The notes beneath the pieces were generated by a model. That model saw only the letters and a list, made by a program, of their open reading frames with translations, was not told the DNA's origin and did not search any database. From the NCBI GenBank assembly GCA_043808785.1, contig JAZDEL010000004.1, positions 120,001-152,000 on the forward strand: 32,000 nt of DNA, given 5' to 3'. Source of the DNA: Candidatus Iainarchaeum sp. (GTDB lineage: Archaea; Iainarchaeota; Iainarchaeia; Iainarchaeales; JAZDEL01). The translations under genes were made by a program, and so were the position numbers. Shown piece by piece: positions 29,147 to 32,000 of the stretch. How positions within the stretch are numbered: the first letter of the stretch is position 1; each line of letters begins with the position of its first letter.

Positions 29147-29923
29147 ATGCCGAAAGGGAAAAAGGAAACCGCGAAACCGTGGAAAAACGCGCCTGAGGAA
29201 AAGCGGGGGGCGCCTGCGGAGAAGCAGGGCGCTGAAACCGCCGGCAAGGAGGGCGCCGAACCTGCAGGGACGCAGGGAACGGAACAGGCGGAAAAGCAGG
29301 AATCGCCGACCCTGCTGAGGAGGATACGCGTTGCCGCAGGGGAATTGGTTGACGCTGGTGCGCACATAGATGCCGCAACAGGCGCGCACCTTATAGGGAA
29401 GAGGCTTGGCCTTAACGAGAGGCTGATGAACTACACGCACATAGAGCTGAGGAACAAGCTCCTTGAGCCGAGGTTCCTTGAGGTGCAGTGCGGCGAGAGG
29501 ATGCTTTTCCTTCCGCACTGCCTGAGAAATGCCGATAAGTGCAGGGCACAGTACGGCGAGGAGGGCCTTGAGTGCCTCGGGTGCGGGAAATGCAAGATTG
29601 CGAAAATGAGGGAGATGGCGAAGGTGCTGGGATACGGGGGATGCTTCATAACCCCGGGGGGGAGCATGGTGATAAACATTATAAAGAAATACAATCCCAA
29701 AGCCGTTGTAGGGGTTGCGTGCAACGATGAACTAAATATGGCGGTCGATAAGTTAAGGGAGGAGGGCAATATCCCTGCGCAGGCGGTGATGTTAATGCGC
29801 TCGGGCTGCAGGAACACGGATGTAAATTTGGAGGAGGTGTGGGAGAAACTCGTGCTCGGCAGCGGCATTAACGAGCAGGAACTTATTGAAATGAGAAAGA
29901 AAATTTTCAGCGGAACTAACTGA
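29147..29923 (+). CDS. DUF116-family protein with low-complexity N-terminal extension
   Basis: LFLPHCLRNADKCRA...LECLGCGKCKI...GGCFITPGGSMV...AVVGVACNDELN matches the DUF116 Cys pattern. The N-terminal 55 aa are Ala/Glu/Lys/Gly-rich. Confidence 0.75.
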   Translation: MPKGKKETAKPWKNAPEEKRGAPAEKQGAETAGKEGAEPAGTQGTEQAEKQESPTLLRRIRVAAGELVDAGAHIDAATGAHLIGKRLGLNERLMNYTHIELRNKLLEPRFLEVQCGERMLFLPHCLRNADKCRAQYGEEGLECLGCGKCKIAKMREMAKVLGYGGCFITPGGSMVINIIKKYNPKAVVGVACNDELNMAVDKLREEGNIPAQAVMLMRSGCRNTDVNLEEVWEKLVLGSGINEQELIEMRKKIFSGTN

Positions 29924-29929
29924 AGATTC

Positions 29930-30005
29930 GCCTCTGTAGCTCAGCCTGGCAAAGAGCAGCCGCCTTGTAAGCGGCAGGTCGAGGGTTCAAATCCCTCCAG
30001 AGGCT
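29930..30005 (+). tRNA. tRNA-Thr(UGU)
   Basis: GCCTCTG/CAGAGGC acceptor. GCCGC-CTTGTAA-GCGGC anticodon arm. GAGGG-TTCAAAT-CCCTC T-arm. Confidence 0.9.
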
Positions 30006-30064
30006 TGTATTTATGCGGGTTCACAGAACCCGCGACGTACGCGGCATGCGCGATCGCAAGCGCG

Positions 30065-30084
30065 CTTCAAGTCCCTCCGGAGGC
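30065..30084 (+). other. Orphan copy of a tRNA T-loop/acceptor 3' end
   Basis: ttcaagtccctccggaggct matches 18 of 20 nt of the 3' end of tRNA-Thr(UGU) (ttcaaatccctccagaggct, 29986-30005). No matching 5' half. Followed by a T6 run at 30088-30093. Confidence 0.5.
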
Positions 30085-30119
30085 TCTCTTTTTTAAATTT
30101 TCAGAAAATTTGGCTCTCA

Positions 30120-30524
30120 CTACGCGTGCTTTACCAGCTTCTTCAGCGAGAGTATTATGAAAACAATCGCTGTCGCAACAGCGGCGGCGATGAAGTAGCC
30201 CAGCCCCGCGGCAAGCCCCACGGCGGCAATCGCCCAGACAGAGGCTGCGGTCGTCAGCCCTTTAACGTGGTTCTCCGCGCGGAAGATGGTGCCTGCGCCG
30301 AGGAAGCCTATGCCTGTGACAATGCCCGCAGCAATCCTCGTGGGGTCTGCGCTTGAACCGTCAAAGCCCATTGAAAGGACAGTGAAAAGCGCGGAACCCA
30401 TGCATACGAGCATGTGCGTGCGCAGCCCCGCCGCCTCGTCCGACTTCTCGCGCTGGTACCCTACAACAGCGCCGAGAAAGGCGGCAACAATCAGCCGCAA
30501 TACAATGTCGGTTTCAGTAAGCAT
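30120..30524 (-). CDS. mgtC: MgtC/SapB-family membrane protein
   Basis: From MLTETDIVLRLIVAAFLGAVVGYQRE...GLRTHMLVCMGSALF...GIVTGIGFLGAGTIF...GLTTAASVWAIAAVGLAAG. This is the MgtC N-terminal domain signature. Confidence 0.8.
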   Translation of the reverse strand: MLTETDIVLRLIVAAFLGAVVGYQREKSDEAAGLRTHMLVCMGSALFTVLSMGFDGSSADPTRIAAGIVTGIGFLGAGTIFRAENHVKGLTTAASVWAIAAVGLAAGLGYFIAAAVATAIVFIILSLKKLVKHA

Positions 30525-30615
30525 GTAAACTAATATGGGGGAGGTGGTTAATAAATTTTTTGGGCGTTTATTTGTTGGTGAAAAAGGCGGTATTATGGGG
30601 GAAACGGGCAACACA

Positions 30616-31044
30616 ATGCAATTCATAGCGAATTATGACGGCTGGGTTTCGGTTAAAAAACTCAAAATAGAGCCCGCAACCGAGCCGCGCACTATAATGG
30701 AATTCCTGGCAAGCCTGGGCACGGGAATTGACGCGAAGGTCGAGGCAAATTTGAGGAAAACCGTCGAGTTGGCAAAGGTGGACGCTGTGCTTGCGCAGGT
30801 TCCCGCGGGAAAGAGCGAGGAGCAGATTGCCGGCGTGCTTAAGGCAATGAATTCACGGGCAGTTACAGGGGCGATAAACGAAATAACCGCACTTGAGAAG
30901 TTCCAGAAGAACGAGCAGAAGGAATTAGCGGATTTCTGCAGGGTTTATGCCATGAGGAAAAAACTCAGGGAGTGCGGGCTTAATATCGATTATTCGTCCA
31001 TCGAGATACCGGGGATGAAGAAAATCAAGAAGGCGAAGGTCTGA
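30616..31044 (+). CDS. Hypothetical protein (start uncertain; the ORF is open from 30535)
   Basis: 142 aa from the MQFIANYDGW start, helical and charged. No family recognised. Confidence 0.45.
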   Translation: MQFIANYDGWVSVKKLKIEPATEPRTIMEFLASLGTGIDAKVEANLRKTVELAKVDAVLAQVPAGKSEEQIAGVLKAMNSRAVTGAINEITALEKFQKNEQKELADFCRVYAMRKKLRECGLNIDYSSIEIPGMKKIKKAKV

Positions 31045-31129
31045 TTGCCTAACGCCCTGCACGCCCGAAATGCACCGCAAACCAACATGCGCCCCGCGGC
31101 AAAAGGTTTAATAACGCCCGAACCGTATT

Positions 31130-31993
31130 TTGTCCATGGTTTTCTGGTTCGATGTTTCGGCGCTGCACCTTGTGCAGCAGTTCGCGAACCCGCTGCTGGA
31201 CATTTTCTTCCTCGCGGTTACCGAACTCGGCAACCCGCTGTTCTGGCTTTTCATTGCCGCTTTCATTTACTGGCAGGGAAAGGAGGACGATTCCTTTTTC
31301 ATAGTGAACCTCATTACATTCAGCGCGGCCATAAGCGGCATGCTGAAATTTGGGGTTGCAAGGCCGAGGCCCGATGCTTCGGAGTTCAGGGTTATTGCAA
31401 GGGGCATTATGATGCACTCCTTTCCGAGCGCGCATGCGACGCTTGCCGCGTCCGCTTACGGCTATTTTTCCGCGGGGTCGAAAATATTGCGCAGGCTTGC
31501 GCTTGCGCTGCTTGTGCTCCTTGTGGCGGTTTCACGCATTTACCTCGGCGCTCACTTCCTCACGGATGTGCTTGCGGGCTTGCTGATAGGGTATGCGATA
31601 GGGAAGGCGAACTTCCTGCTTAAGCAGAGGCTGAAGGGCGCAAAGTTCCGCCTCACTAAAATCGGGGACGAGCTCGGGCTTGTTGTTGCCGTGGCTGCCG
31701 CTGTTGCGGCGATTGTTTTCGTGCAGCCAATGAGCATCGCGCAGGGCATCTTCGGCTTCTATGCGGGGTTCTTTGCATTCAAATACTTCGGCCAGCCGCA
31801 GTGCGGCGGGAAATGCATGCATCCCGCGCTTAAGCACGGCATAGGCGCGATAGGGCTGTGCGCGCTTGTGCTGCCCGCATATTCGGGAATGCTCGGAAAC
31901 GCCCTGCTTGACGGCTTGCTCTATTTCCTTGCGGGATTGTGGATAAGTTTCCTCTGGCCGCTACTCAGTTCGGGAATACGCCGAAGGGAATAG
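31130..31993 (+). CDS. PAP2-family lipid phosphatase
   Basis: KFGVARPRP (KxxxxxxRP), FPSAHA (PSGH-like) and SRIYLGAHFLTDV (SRxxxxxHxxxD), with multiple TM helices. Confidence 0.8.
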   Translation: MSMVFWFDVSALHLVQQFANPLLDIFFLAVTELGNPLFWLFIAAFIYWQGKEDDSFFIVNLITFSAAISGMLKFGVARPRPDASEFRVIARGIMMHSFPSAHATLAASAYGYFSAGSKILRRLALALLVLLVAVSRIYLGAHFLTDVLAGLLIGYAIGKANFLLKQRLKGAKFRLTKIGDELGLVVAVAAAVAAIVFVQPMSIAQGIFGFYAGFFAFKYFGQPQCGGKCMHPALKHGIGAIGLCALVLPAYSGMLGNALLDGLLYFLAGLWISFLWPLLSSGIRRRE

Positions 31994-32000
31994 ATTAATA

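Noticed and set aside
31045-31623. 192-aa + strand ORF
   Set aside because: It overlaps the PAP2 phosphatase gene out of frame. The PAP2 frame carries the three signature motifs.

Overview
This looks like an archaeal chromosomal window. Evidence: two tRNA genes carry anticodon-loop introns, tRNA-His has a genomically encoded G-1, the methionine aminopeptidase is type 2, a DUF116 gene is present, and AT-rich TATA-like boxes lie about 25 nt upstream of some starts alongside GGAGG-type RBSs.

Layout:
(i) 1-3454: host genes, namely a Cys-rich surface protein, a hicBA module, a PIN/antitoxin module and map.
(ii) 3478-3668: an unusual inverted repeat whose two arms are A/C-only and G/T-only.
(iii) 3735-3890: an intron-containing tRNA-Arg(GCG), followed by an integrated element of about 11.2 kb (3879-15074). 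The element is bounded by an 11-nt direct repeat of the tRNA 3' end. It carries a tyrosine integrase, a P-loop (SF3-like) replication protein bracketed by two paralogous zinc-ribbon ORFs, RHH/HTH regulators, and a tightly overlapping + strand operon in which eight of nine products are predicted membrane or secreted proteins, several rich in cysteines or N-glycosylation sequons. The architecture is pleolipovirus-like or vesicle/plasmid-like. I recognise no capsid, portal or terminase.
(iv) 15.2-17.9 kb: poorly characterised host genes.
(v) 18047-24927: a histidine supercluster of tRNA-His, hisD-B-H-F-(hisA-hisI fusion)-G and hisS.
(vi) 25-32 kb: tRNAs (Thr x2, CAU, Glu), corA, a divergent rpiA-like gene, and genes for an EamA transporter, a CPBP protease, DUF116, mgtC and PAP2.

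I saw no rRNA, CRISPR array or transposase. All protein calls are by-eye motif recognition; no database search or computation beyond reading the sequence was possible.
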